Positions 49,488 to 61,500 of a stretch of 64,000 nucleotides of DNA are shown here, piece by piece. The stretch comes from Haliotis rubra (lineage: Eukaryota): positions 62,001 to 126,000 of the forward strand of contig NW_025765247.1 of assembly GCF_003918875.1 (NCBI RefSeq). The letters are read 5' to 3'. How positions within the stretch are numbered: the stretch's first letter is position 1; every line of letters begins with the position of its first letter. Below the pieces are notes generated by a model. The model was not told where the DNA came from. It searched no databases and saw nothing but the letters and a program-made list of their open reading frames with translations. The translations under genes were made by a program, and so were the position numbers.

Positions 49488-49559
49488 GTAAAATAACTGT
49501 TTTGTAAGAAAAGGTTTCTGCTGAGTAGACGTATCTTTGAAGGACTGATTCCAGCAGCA

Positions 49560-52500
49560 ATGTCCAGCAACCCTATGTACGGACTCTTTGGGGCATCTGA
49601 GGACGAGCCACTGCTTAATGATGAGCAGCTTGGCCTCACAACAGTCCAGTTTGGACACAGTGTCCGGGTCTTTCTGATGAGCAGTGTATCTGAAGATGTT
49701 GCGGATGAAGATATACTTTACAGAAAGTTACTGGTGGGCAATGACAGTGTGTTTGACGATGATGCTGATGACTATATGGCAGCGTTTGGAGACAGCGTTA
49801 GTTCTGCAACAGCGCAACGTGATCGCAAGGGAAGAACGTTTGGCAGCCGTGAAAAGAGGCGAAGCCTATTGTCGTTCTGTTCTGACCGTCGGAAAGGCCG
49901 GGCTGTAAAACCAAGGGATAAAACTCTCCAGATTATCACTTCGGAGATTAGTGATATTATCTCGCCTATTGACAGCTTATCTGGTAAGTGAACGAATAGG
50001 ATTTTACGCCGCATTTAGCAATAATCTAGCACTATCACACCACAAATGGCTTTCACACACTGTATCTATTTGCAAAATTAAACTTTCGCTTTTTTGAACG
50101 CGTTAACCATTAGGCTACCCGACTGCTTATGTCTTGGTATATGTCTGTATTTTAATAGTACATGTCTTGAAACTTCTAACCCTGAACATAACCATCGATA
50201 CGCACGCGCGTCCACATGAGCANNNNNNNNNNNNNNNNNNNNNNNNNNNNNNNNNNNNNNNNNNNNNNNNNNNNNNNNNNNNNNNNNNNNNNNNNNNNNN
50301 NNNNNNNNNNNNNNNNNNNNNNNNNNNNNNNNNNNNNNNNNNNNNNNNNNNNNNNNNNNNNNNNNNNNNNNNNNNNNNNNNNNNNNNNNNNNNNNNNNNN
50401 NNNNNNNNNNNNNNNNNNNNNNNNNNNNNNNNNNNNNNNNNNNNNNNNNNNNNNNNNNNNNNNNNNNNNNNNNNNNNNNNNCTATAACTTTCATTTGTTT
50501 TTCATGTTAAATACTGATTGAAGACAAATTGAAGCATGCAACTGTGTTCACTAGTTCAAGAACATGCATAAAGATGACCATGTATTTTGTTCTAGATTAT
50601 GAATCTCTTCCTGATCCACCATCAGCTGCGTACCTTGAGCTCCTTAGCGGGGATGACCATATTTTGTACACCATTCAGAACCTGGATAGCAACAAGGTGA
50701 AGTTTTTGAAGCAATCCCATACACACAGCATGAAGATAGCAACCTTAGCTCACACTAAATGTGGTGAAATCAGATGGGATGAGAGCAAGGATGATGAACT
50801 GGTTGTGGCACTTGTGAAAGATGATAATACAGATCATCTCGATTCTTCAGACTCCTCGGTTTTCTACATTCAGACATGGAGAGACAACATGGATACAGCC
50901 ATCGCAGATGTCCTTAGAGACATAAAAGTACATCCAGTTACTGTGATGCATATTTTATGGCCAGAAATGAAACAGAAAAAATTATCGAAGATTCTTCCAC
51001 AAACGTCAGATGAAGTGATGGTGAGTCTGTCCGACGACCAGCCAGGATATATTGTTATTGGAGTACAGGACCGAGTGTTACCGATTGTTCAGAATTTATT
51101 GGTGCTGGTTGAACAAGCTGAAGAAGAGCATATCCTGAAGAAGTACGCCCCGGAGCAGGTTCTAAAGGCACCAGAAGGAGCTGGTTCAGGAGAGGAACAA
51201 CAGGAAAGAAAGATTTACGAAGAGCGAGACAAAATCATGTTTCTGCAAAGGCACTGCTCATCGTCAATAGATATAATCAGGAGAGAACTGTCTGTCACTA
51301 TCTCATTTGATCTCAAGTCCAACTGTATCATCATGTGTGGGTCGAAGGCTGAAGAAGCCTTTAGTCGCATCAAAGCTCTGGTCGCTGATGTTAAGATGGA
51401 AGTGTACAAGTCAATGCGAATGGGAGCAAGAAAATATTTCAAATCCGCCACAGGGGAGACGTCAGTCAGGCAAGCTGAAGATAAATATAAGTGTTTCATT
51501 CACAGAAACCTTGAGAGGAGAGGTAGGTAGATTCTCTGTAGATGTGGTTATTTTTGTTCATTATTTATCCTTTTAATAAACAGCCACTGGAGGCCAAAGT
51601 GAAGGCATAAATCCTCCTGGTCTAACTTTGGTCGTTTTTTAGTGGTCTGTAGCCCAGATTTAATTTCTACTAAATAATATTTTGAGTACGTAATATTTTT
51701 AATGATGAATTCGTGTGTTTTATACTCAACATACTGTTTCACTTTAAATGAAAAAGTATTTAATCAAATAAAGTGAATTTAAGATTGCGAATCCTCATAA
51801 CTTTACCTTGCCAATTGAACATTAAAATCTCAGAATTTTATTCAACTTAGGATTAAAGTTGCTTAACAAACGATCATAGTTCCAACTCGCTATTATTAGT
51901 TTGTATTACAAGGGGGGATGCATATTAAATGAACCCCGAGAAGGGTTGGTTTCTACGGTAGTCTAAGTCAACGCTCATCCACACGTGCATTTGTTTCACT
52001 GTTCCAACTACTGCGCCAACGCCACAGATCAACGAGTTCCGATCATCCTTTTATAGAAAGTACACTACTCTTAAGCCCTAACGAATCTCGGATAATAGAT
52101 GCTGGCTCCCAGCTAACAATTTCGTTATGGTTTCGTTGTTACAACGTTATTCTGTCGACTCCCATTTACGTTGTCACAACGTTGTGACGTGACGTTGCAC
52201 AGTGACGTGATGTTAACGTTGTCAGTAAGAATGGAAATTACTGTCACTGTGACCTCAGTACATTTATGGTATGGTAATCACAAAGTATAATATAATAGGG
52301 AAATAATGCACTACTGTCTTGTTTTCTGGATAAATTACGAATAATTCGATGTCACTCTTTTACATGGGTTTCGGGAAAGTTTACCTCCCATAAACGATAA
52401 CGTTTCAGAAACGATGAAACATAACGTTGACTTATAGTCAAAACACAACGTTCTGACAATATGTGTCTACGGTAACGTAGTTAAAATGACGTAATGCTAA

Positions 52501-55500
52501 CGTTGTGAAACCGTTGTGTCATGACGTTACCAATCTACACCCTTCACTTTAACCTTGCGAAATGTTGTGTCATGGCGTTAACAATATACACCCTTCACAT
52601 TAACCTTGTAAAAACGTTATGTCATGACGTTACGAATCTACACCTTTCACATTAACCTTGTGAAAACGTTGTGTCATGACGTTACCAATCTACACCCTTC
52701 ACATTAACCTTGTGAAAACGTTGTGTCATGACATTACCAATATACACCCTTCACATTAACCTTGTGAAAACGTTGTGTCATGACGTTAACAATATACACC
52801 CTTCACATTAACCTTGTGAAAACTTTGTGTCATGACGTTACCAATATACGACCTCCACATTAACTTTGCGAAAACGTTGTGTCATGACGTTACTATACAC
52901 CCTTCACATTAACCTTGTGAAAACGTTGTGTCATGACGTTACCAATATACACCCTTCACATTAACCTTGTGAAAACGTTGTGTCATGACGTTAACAATAT
53001 ACACCCTTCACATTAACCTTGTGAAAACGTTGTGTCATGACGTTACCAATATACACCCTTCACATTAACCTTGTGAAAACGTTGTGTCATGACGTTAACC
53101 AATATACACCCTTCACATTAACCTTGACGTTAACAATGAAAACTTGTGAAATTGTGTCATGACGTTACATTGTGTCAACGTTAACAATATACACCCTTCA
53201 CATTAACCTTCACATGACGTTAACAATACCCTTCACATTAACCTTGTGAAACGTTGTGTCATGACGTTACGAATCTACACCTTTCACATTAACCTTGTGA
53301 AAACGTTGTGTCATGACGTTACGAATCTACACCCTTCACATTAACCTTGTGAAAACATTGTGTCATGACGTTAACAATATACACCCTTCACATTAACCTT
53401 GTGAAAACATTGTGTCATGACGTTACCAATATGTCATTAATGAAAACGTCATGACGTTACCAATATACACCCTTCACAACGTTGTGTCATGACGTTCACA
53501 TTACACCTTTCACTTGTGAAAACGTTGTGTCATGACGTTACCAATATACACCCTTCACATTAACCTTGTGAAAACATTGTGTCATGACGTTAACAATATA
53601 CACCCTTCACATTAACCTTGTGAAAACGTTGTGTCATGACGTTACCAATATACACCCTTCACATTAACCTTGTGAAAACGTTGTGTCATGACGTTAACAA
53701 TATACACCCTTCACATTAACCTTGTGAAACGTTGTGTCATGAACGAATCTACACCTGTCATGACGTTACCAATATACACCCTTCACATTAACCTTGTGAA
53801 AACATGTCATGACGTTAACAATATACACCCTTCACATTAACCTTGTGAAAACATTGTGTCATGACGTTACCAATATACACCCTTCACATTAACCTTGTGA
53901 AAACATTGTGTCATGACGTTACCAATATACACCCTTCACATTAACCTTTGAAAGGCTGAAAACGTTGTGTGTCAGCTGGATTATCATCTGGCTCTGATGT
54001 TTCATATTCAGACCCGGATTCGATTCCTCACATGGGTACAGACCGCCTCCGTGTTGTAGTGGTTATAGCGTCCGCCCGAAGAGCGGAAGGTCGCGGGTTC
54101 GACCCCCGGCCGCGTCATACCAAAAGACGTTAAAATATGGTACTTGTTGGTCCCTGCCTAGCGCTCGGCATTAATGGGTACAAGAAGGACTGGTCGGCTC
54201 GGAGTCAGTATAATGTGTCTGAGTGGGATATTCATGCTTCACTGCGGCATGGTATATCAGTGGGCTAGCACTATAAAACCAGCTTAAGTCTGGGCTAGTA
54301 CAAGCAGCCGCACATACACATACACACGCATGCAAGTCGTCATATGAGCGAAATATTCTCAAGCACGACGTTAAACCAATTTCACCTCACCTCACATGGG
54401 TACAATGTGTGAAGCCCATTCCTTGTGTCCCCCGCCGTTTTACATTCATGCAGCTTCAACTATTTATACTTATTTCATGCACATTTGTCAATGTGAGTTA
54501 TGTTAATGTGGTATGCATTGAAGCATATTGATCATGACGTACATTGCCACATTTAAGAGCAGGGTTAGAATTGACCTTCAGCAACAAATGGCAACAAACG
54601 GGATGGAGTCGTTTGGCTTTGTTGGTGCATGTCATCGTAGCGCATGTTAAGAAATTCACACGCATGGTACCAGTCACTGGGCTATTTATAGACCTCCGTT
54701 ATACATTAGACAACTGCGTTACACAACAAATAGACCTACTTGTCTGGTTCTACAACCTTCCATGCAATACTCCATCACGTATAAATGATTTGTTTCCAGA
54801 AGCGGAACAGTCGGACGGTGTTGCCTCAGCTGACATTGAAGTTGTCCTGAAACTAGGAGATATCGCATTAACAAAGGTAATTAGATGAAGACGGGCCATG
54901 CTCCTCTGACGTGGAACAGATAGATTAATTCAGTGACCATTTACCTTTGTCACAGATGGACCTCAGTTCCCGCTTTGTGAAAAATTGCAATATTTAATGC
55001 TTTATTATGTTTGTTCCGTGAAGATCCGGGTTAGAATTGGTCTTTAGCAACCCATGACTGTAGTAAGCGGAGATCGGGTGACTTGGTAAACACATGTCAT
55101 CGTATCCCAATCGCGTAGATCGATGTTCATGCTGTTGACCACTGGTTCAGACTCGATTATTTACAGACCACCGCCATGTAGCTGGAATATTGCTGAGGCG
55201 GCGTTAAACAACAAAAAACAAACAAATATTATGTTTTCATATGTATTATGTTTTATATTTTGCTTACTAACATGAATTAATCTGTGTTCACAATTTGCTT
55301 ATGACTAGGTGGACGTAATCGTCAACTCAACAAACGAGAGACTCGACTTATCTGGTAGTGAACTGTCCAAGGCCATAGTTAAAGTAGGAGGCGCTGCCAT
55401 ACAGACGGAATGCAAGGAGCTATATCCACAAGGATGCAGAGTTGGGGATGTTGTAAAGACTCGTCCAGGGAAACTACACTGCAAAGAGCTGTATCATTGC

Positions 55501-58500
55501 TGTCTTTCAGACTACAGACGAGAGCATCCCGGTCAGGCTGAGAAGGTGACACTATTTTAATTCCTATAATCATTTATGCGCTGAGGTTTGATTATTCCTT
55601 TACTGAGGTTATCTTCCAAATACATGTAATTTTTTACCAACTGTTAGTATAGGTCATCGTTACACGTGTGACCATGTCAGATGAGGCACCGCAACCTGTG
55701 CAGAGTTAGGTACCTTTTGTACGCCAGAAACCTTGGGTTGTGGGTGTGAATCCAGGTTCGCCCATTTATGCTTGTAGGTTTGTCATTAGACCTGTTCTCG
55801 TGGGTCTCACCAAAATAGTGAACGTCTGAGACATGCGTGACTCCGGGCTTTCCTCCCACATTAAGCTTGCCATTTTGACTGGCAACAGAAATCCTGTTAC
55901 AGGTCGCGTTACCGAAGCTCTCTCACTACTGGGGCGGTGGGGTAGCCTAGTGGTTAAAGTGTTGGCTCGTCACGCCGAAGACCCGGGTTCGAATCCCCAC
56001 ATGGGTACTATGTGTGAAGCCTATTTCTGGTGTCCCCCGCCGTGATGTTGCTTGAATATTGCTAAAAGCGGCGTAAAACCAAACTCAGTCAGTCAGTCTC
56101 TCACTACTAATAAATACTATTTAAACTGGACTTAAAGCCGACTCACTCACTTACTCTCTCACATTAGTGTCATGCCGAAACGACGTGTGGTAGTGCTGTG
56201 TTTTAAATACACGCCACTTGGTTAAACAAAACGGGCGTTTAGGCAGCGTGCTGGCTAAAAGTTAGCGCTGAAGGCTCCTTAATTCGAGTGTCGGTGTTGT
56301 AGCCTAGTAGTTAAAGCGTTCGCTCGTCACTCCGAAGGCCCGGGTTCTATTCCCCATGGGCACAATGTGTGAAGCCCATTTCTGCTGTCCTCTTGTGAAA
56401 TTGCTGGAATAGTGCTAAAAACGGCGTAAAACACAATTCCTTAATTCGAGGATACACATTGAGTGATATTGCTGGTTTATTGATCAAGATTCATTAAACC
56501 TCACTCACTTATTATCCTACTTGCACTTCGTACTGAGAGGAAACCATTATTAATTCCCTAGTTGGTGTAAGAATGTTGATCACACAAGGTTTTGAACAAT
56601 TACAACCGATAACCTGTAAATCAAAATTTACACTGGGATTAAAAATGCCAATGTTTTTTCTCGCATGATATCGAAGGACAAGTATTAAAAATGGCGTTAA
56701 ATATCAACTTATTGCCATCTTGTATTGATATATCCCTCATTTTGCATTACCTGTTTTGAAAATTATGATTTACTTAACCAACTTGTACTGCTATTTTACA
56801 CTGAAATTACATCACCAACGTATGTGTGTGTCCTTCACAGCTTCTAAGGGAGATAATTCTGCAGTGTCTGCACAAAGCGTCTGTAGCTGGTCATAGCAGT
56901 GTGGCCTTCCCTCCCATTGGCACCGGCAAAAGGCAATACCCAACCGATGAGGTGGCAAGAACCTTCAGAGAGGCTATCAAAGACTTCACAAAATCAAACC
57001 ACTTCAGTTCTCTGGCAGAGGTCATGATTGTGTGTTATCACACGAATCAGGACCTATTGAAGGTACAAAAACACATATATTAAAAACAACAATTATCAAC
57101 CAGTCAGATTATGCATAAATATTGATGCTGCAGCTATCAGAAAGAAACCTGAATACATTTCAATTCTGGGAAATGACCAGTCTTGATTCTCTAACAAAAC
57201 TATCAACATGGCGTAAAATGCAAAATGGATGCGAAAACTATTCATGCCAATGCATGATTAATGGTTTCTGAAATGCATTAGTTATAACCAAGATTCAAAA
57301 CATCATTGCTAATTATTGAGAGTCTGACCTTCAACTAAGTTACTTCGGAAAATTGTTACTGTTGTTTGATATAGTAATTGTGTAAGTGATAGTACGAAAT
57401 GTTCCTTACTGAATGTTTCTTCCTACAGATTTTCAAGGATGCTTATGACAGTGAGAAAACGAATCCAAGACACTCCTCCCTTTCAAACATTTCCATGATG
57501 ACAGGTACGGTCATGGTATCACAACCGTTTATAACCTTTAATTTTCTTAATGTCCTCAATGATTAAATCGAATGATGAATTTGACTTTATGTTATGGCTT
57601 GCTCTCTTCAACAGAGTTCCACATAGGCCATGTTCTGCTCATTGTGAAAGAAGGCAACGTCTTTAAGGAGGACGTGGATGTTGTTGTAGTCCCAACCGAC
57701 AACAAAATGTCAGTGTCTTGTGAGTATCTTGTAGGGCGTGTACATGAATTATTTGGGGCGCACAAACCTTTTTTCACAAGTAAATCCGTTTTTGTTACAC
57801 AATATTTAGATCTATCAGAATCATTTTGGTTAATGTTTTCAGGCGAAGTGAAGTGGACCTTTGTACATGAGTTTGGAGACAACACCTTTCGTCAGTGGAA
57901 AGGTAGTTAGAAGATTTCATTTGAAAAAAATGATCGAAAGGTTGTTTTCCATTTCTCTTGGAATGTCAGCACACCATTTCGAGGTACCACTGGACAAATA
58001 GACCCTTTCATTCCTAACTGATCGTCTATCTTATCGTATTCAAACATAAGTATATAAAATATCCATTACATGTTCTGATGCAAAGATCAAAATGGATCCA
58101 AGTGACACATTACAAATTACCCTAACCCATGCAGTCAAACATATAAAACGCTGAACCATCTTGAATTTCGAGTCTCTGCCCAAACATAGAAAAATAGTGA
58201 TAAAACGGATATGAATTCATCATTGAAAATCAGTGAGGACTTAAGTAACAATTTGATTAACTAATATTCTCGCTCATGAGCCGGCCCGATTAGTTAATCG
58301 AGGCAGTTTAAAATTTGAGTTTTCGAAAAACTATTTTACTCATGATAACTGCATGTTGGATTTTGTCAAATCCTTTGTCAGAAACTGGTCACAGTGCGGA
58401 GAGTTTCTGGGCTTTTGGGTTTCCAGAATTACGTGTTATTTATTTTTTTACTCCCAGAGTCCAACATCCGGAAGTCTGGAGGAGTGATGCTGCGTGTACC

Positions 58501-61500
58501 CGGACATCACTGTTCCAGTATCCTGGGCATATCCAGGGACTTCTTTACTGGCGACTTGTTCATGATGATCTGCAAGTGCTTGCGGAAAGCTGAGAAAAAC
58601 AAAGTGACATCCATCGCTATCCCTGTTATGACAGGTGGGTTACTACAACATTCTTTATTCGTGAGAAAAGGGAGAAGGAAGTCCCGACTGATAGTTATCA
58701 TAAAGTGACTGAGGATAAACAAATCCGAATCAATTTGTTGGATTTAATATACTCATGGAAACGAATAAGGAAACACATGGAAGTACAAGTGTTCCTTTAT
58801 TTATTTCCAGAATTTCCACAGTGCAACACAAACCTTGTGAAGAAACCTTGAAAAGAATAACGGAAAGTTGTCCTTTCTTGTGTTCCCTTATGTGTTTCCA
58901 TGAGTATATTAAATCCAACAAATTGATTCGGATTTTGTTTATCCTCAGTCACTTTATGATAACTATCACTCGGGACTTTCTTCTCCCTTTTCTCACGGAA
59001 TGTATATATATTCACAGTCATTGCTGCTCTGCGGTGTTCTTACATTTTGGGGCACATTCTGTGAATTGCGGATGCTAGCAGTAGGGTCGGACACGATTTC
59101 CCTTTCCGAGAACACCCGGTGTCATCTCTAATGTTGAGTGTTCTGATCATATGATATTCACAACTATTGTGCCCTTTACCCAAGATGGCTTGTGTTTCTG
59201 ATAATTGTCAAGAGAGTGTATTCTTTTCCCTGACATTATATATGTCCGTATTATTTTATACAAATCCATGTTTGTATCCAAATAGTTCTATCGTTCTGAT
59301 ATCTGTTGAGTGTCAGTCACATATGAATCATCGCAGTTTTGAAGCCCTTTGATTTTGTTGCAAATTATATACAAATATATGCATGAAGAGAAACCAATGA
59401 TAGATGTTCCGCCCAGGTAACACTAAGGGTGAATCCCTTCCGGCAGTATTGATTAAGTCCGTCAGATGTCTCATGGGCTCACTTGAGTTTGTCCGAGAAG
59501 TCAGGCTCGTCTACACCGACCCTGCAACCATGGTTGCCGCCGTGACGGTGATTGAAGAACAGCTCCCTTCCACATGCGTGGGAAGGTACAGGTTTGCGGA
59601 AACGACCCCGGAACCTCCAGCAGAGGGTAGGTGACAAATAGCCCAGGTGCAGTTACAGTTGGTTATTCAGACGTTTTCAGTTGGAAAGAGCTTCGTTTTA
59701 CGTCCTCCATAACAATGCAGACTTAAGGACATTGTTCTGTGTCGTTTAATGTCAAATCTGTCTTCTATGATACTGGAGCAACCAATATGAAACCTAAATG
59801 AAACCTGTTTTTAAATTCTGGAGAATTACCAAATGATTCCACATTGTGTAAAATGTACATGCAAATATTCATTTCAATGAATCCTCCATCATTCCTGAAA
59901 TGGTTTTACGTGAACAATGCATAAGCTTACATCAAAATCGACTCAAACCATCATTGTTAATTATCGACAGTCTGACAGTTCGCAAACGTAAATACTGTTG
60001 TTTAATAAAAGTGAGTGGGTGAGTTTAGTTGTACGCCGCTCTTAGCAATATTCACCCCCTTCAATTTTTTTTATTGGAGAGGGGGTGTGGGGTGGTTTAG
60101 GGTGGGGGGTGATAACCATTATTGGCATGAGTATATATGGCGGCGGTCTGTAAATAATCGAGTCTGTACCAGACAATCCAGTGATCAACAGCATGAGCAT
60201 CGATCTACGCAATTGGGAACCGATGACATGTGTCAACCAAGTCAGCGAGCCTGACCACCCGATCCCAATAGTCGCCTCTTACGACAAGCATGGGTTACTG
60301 AGGGCCAATATTCTAACCCAGACCTTCACGGGTGTTTAATAGAATAATAGTGTTACAAGTGATAGTACAAAACTGTTCTTACGGAATGTTTAGATACATG
60401 TCCTTGTTGTTATAAGGTTCACAAACGCAGAGTGAAACGGATGACTGTACACTTCAAGGTGGCCTCGCCATGAAAATAGTGTGTAACAACAGGAGGAGTT
60501 TCGGAGAATGTCAGCAGTTCCTAGACAACCTGCTGATGGAAAACCTGTCTGTGGAGACACTGGAGAACCCAACCATCGGCGACCTGACAGAACAGCAGGT
60601 TAGGATCTGGCAAATTATTAAAATATATTCACGAGCCATCCATACGACTCACACATATTGCAGTAATTACTGGTGGGTTGATAATATATGAGTGAGTGAG
60701 TGACGGAGTTTCAGTTTTACGCCGCTCTTAGCAATATTCCAGCAATATCACGGCGGGAGACACCAGAAATGGGCTTCACACATTGTACCCATGTGGGGAA
60801 TCAAATCGGGGTCTTCGGCGTGACGAGCGAACGCTTTAACCACTAGGCTATCCCACCGCCCTGATTATACATATCAAGTAAGCAATACTTCAGACCTTCA
60901 AACAAAGAACAGCCTTAGAAACATTTTTTCAGCCCATAAGTTATAGCAGTATCGAATTAATATAATATGAGAATTATGAAAAACGATTTCACTATCCACA
61001 TGAATCTTTTTAAAAGTGGGAAGTTTATTAATTGTACCTAACATAAGACAGGATATAGAATAACAATTTTGACTTCGAATGATTACAGCCTTATAATCTG
61101 TCTGAGGTGAAGTCCTGACAAGTGCTGATCTTTAAAAAGTCTGAAATTAATAAGTCAGCATTATGCACACAGCTGAAAGGAGTGATATAAAACATTTTGC
61201 ATTCATGTTTCAAGGCTGGTTAAATAGATAATAATTACATAATTACATAATAATGGAACATCAAGTTTCAGGAAATAGAAAACGTTAACTTCAAGAAACA
61301 ACAGAAAACCTTTTAAAAGCAAAAACATATTTAGCAATACTTTAATTCGATAAGATAATATTTGAATTTATAAAACATGAATACCGTTTTGAAGTGATCG
61401 TCGAATACCGTGCAAAATACGATTAGATGTGTTTGCCATCTTTTCTTGAGGGACCTTTGGGGAGTTGTCATTTCATGCATGGGTGCTCGTTTGTAACCCG

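Noticed and set aside
8334-60861. tRNA genes suggested by A/B boxes (GGTTCGATTCC)
   Set aside because: Each continues into a shared SINE body and tail, often with TSDs, and has no proper acceptor stem. These are SINE heads.
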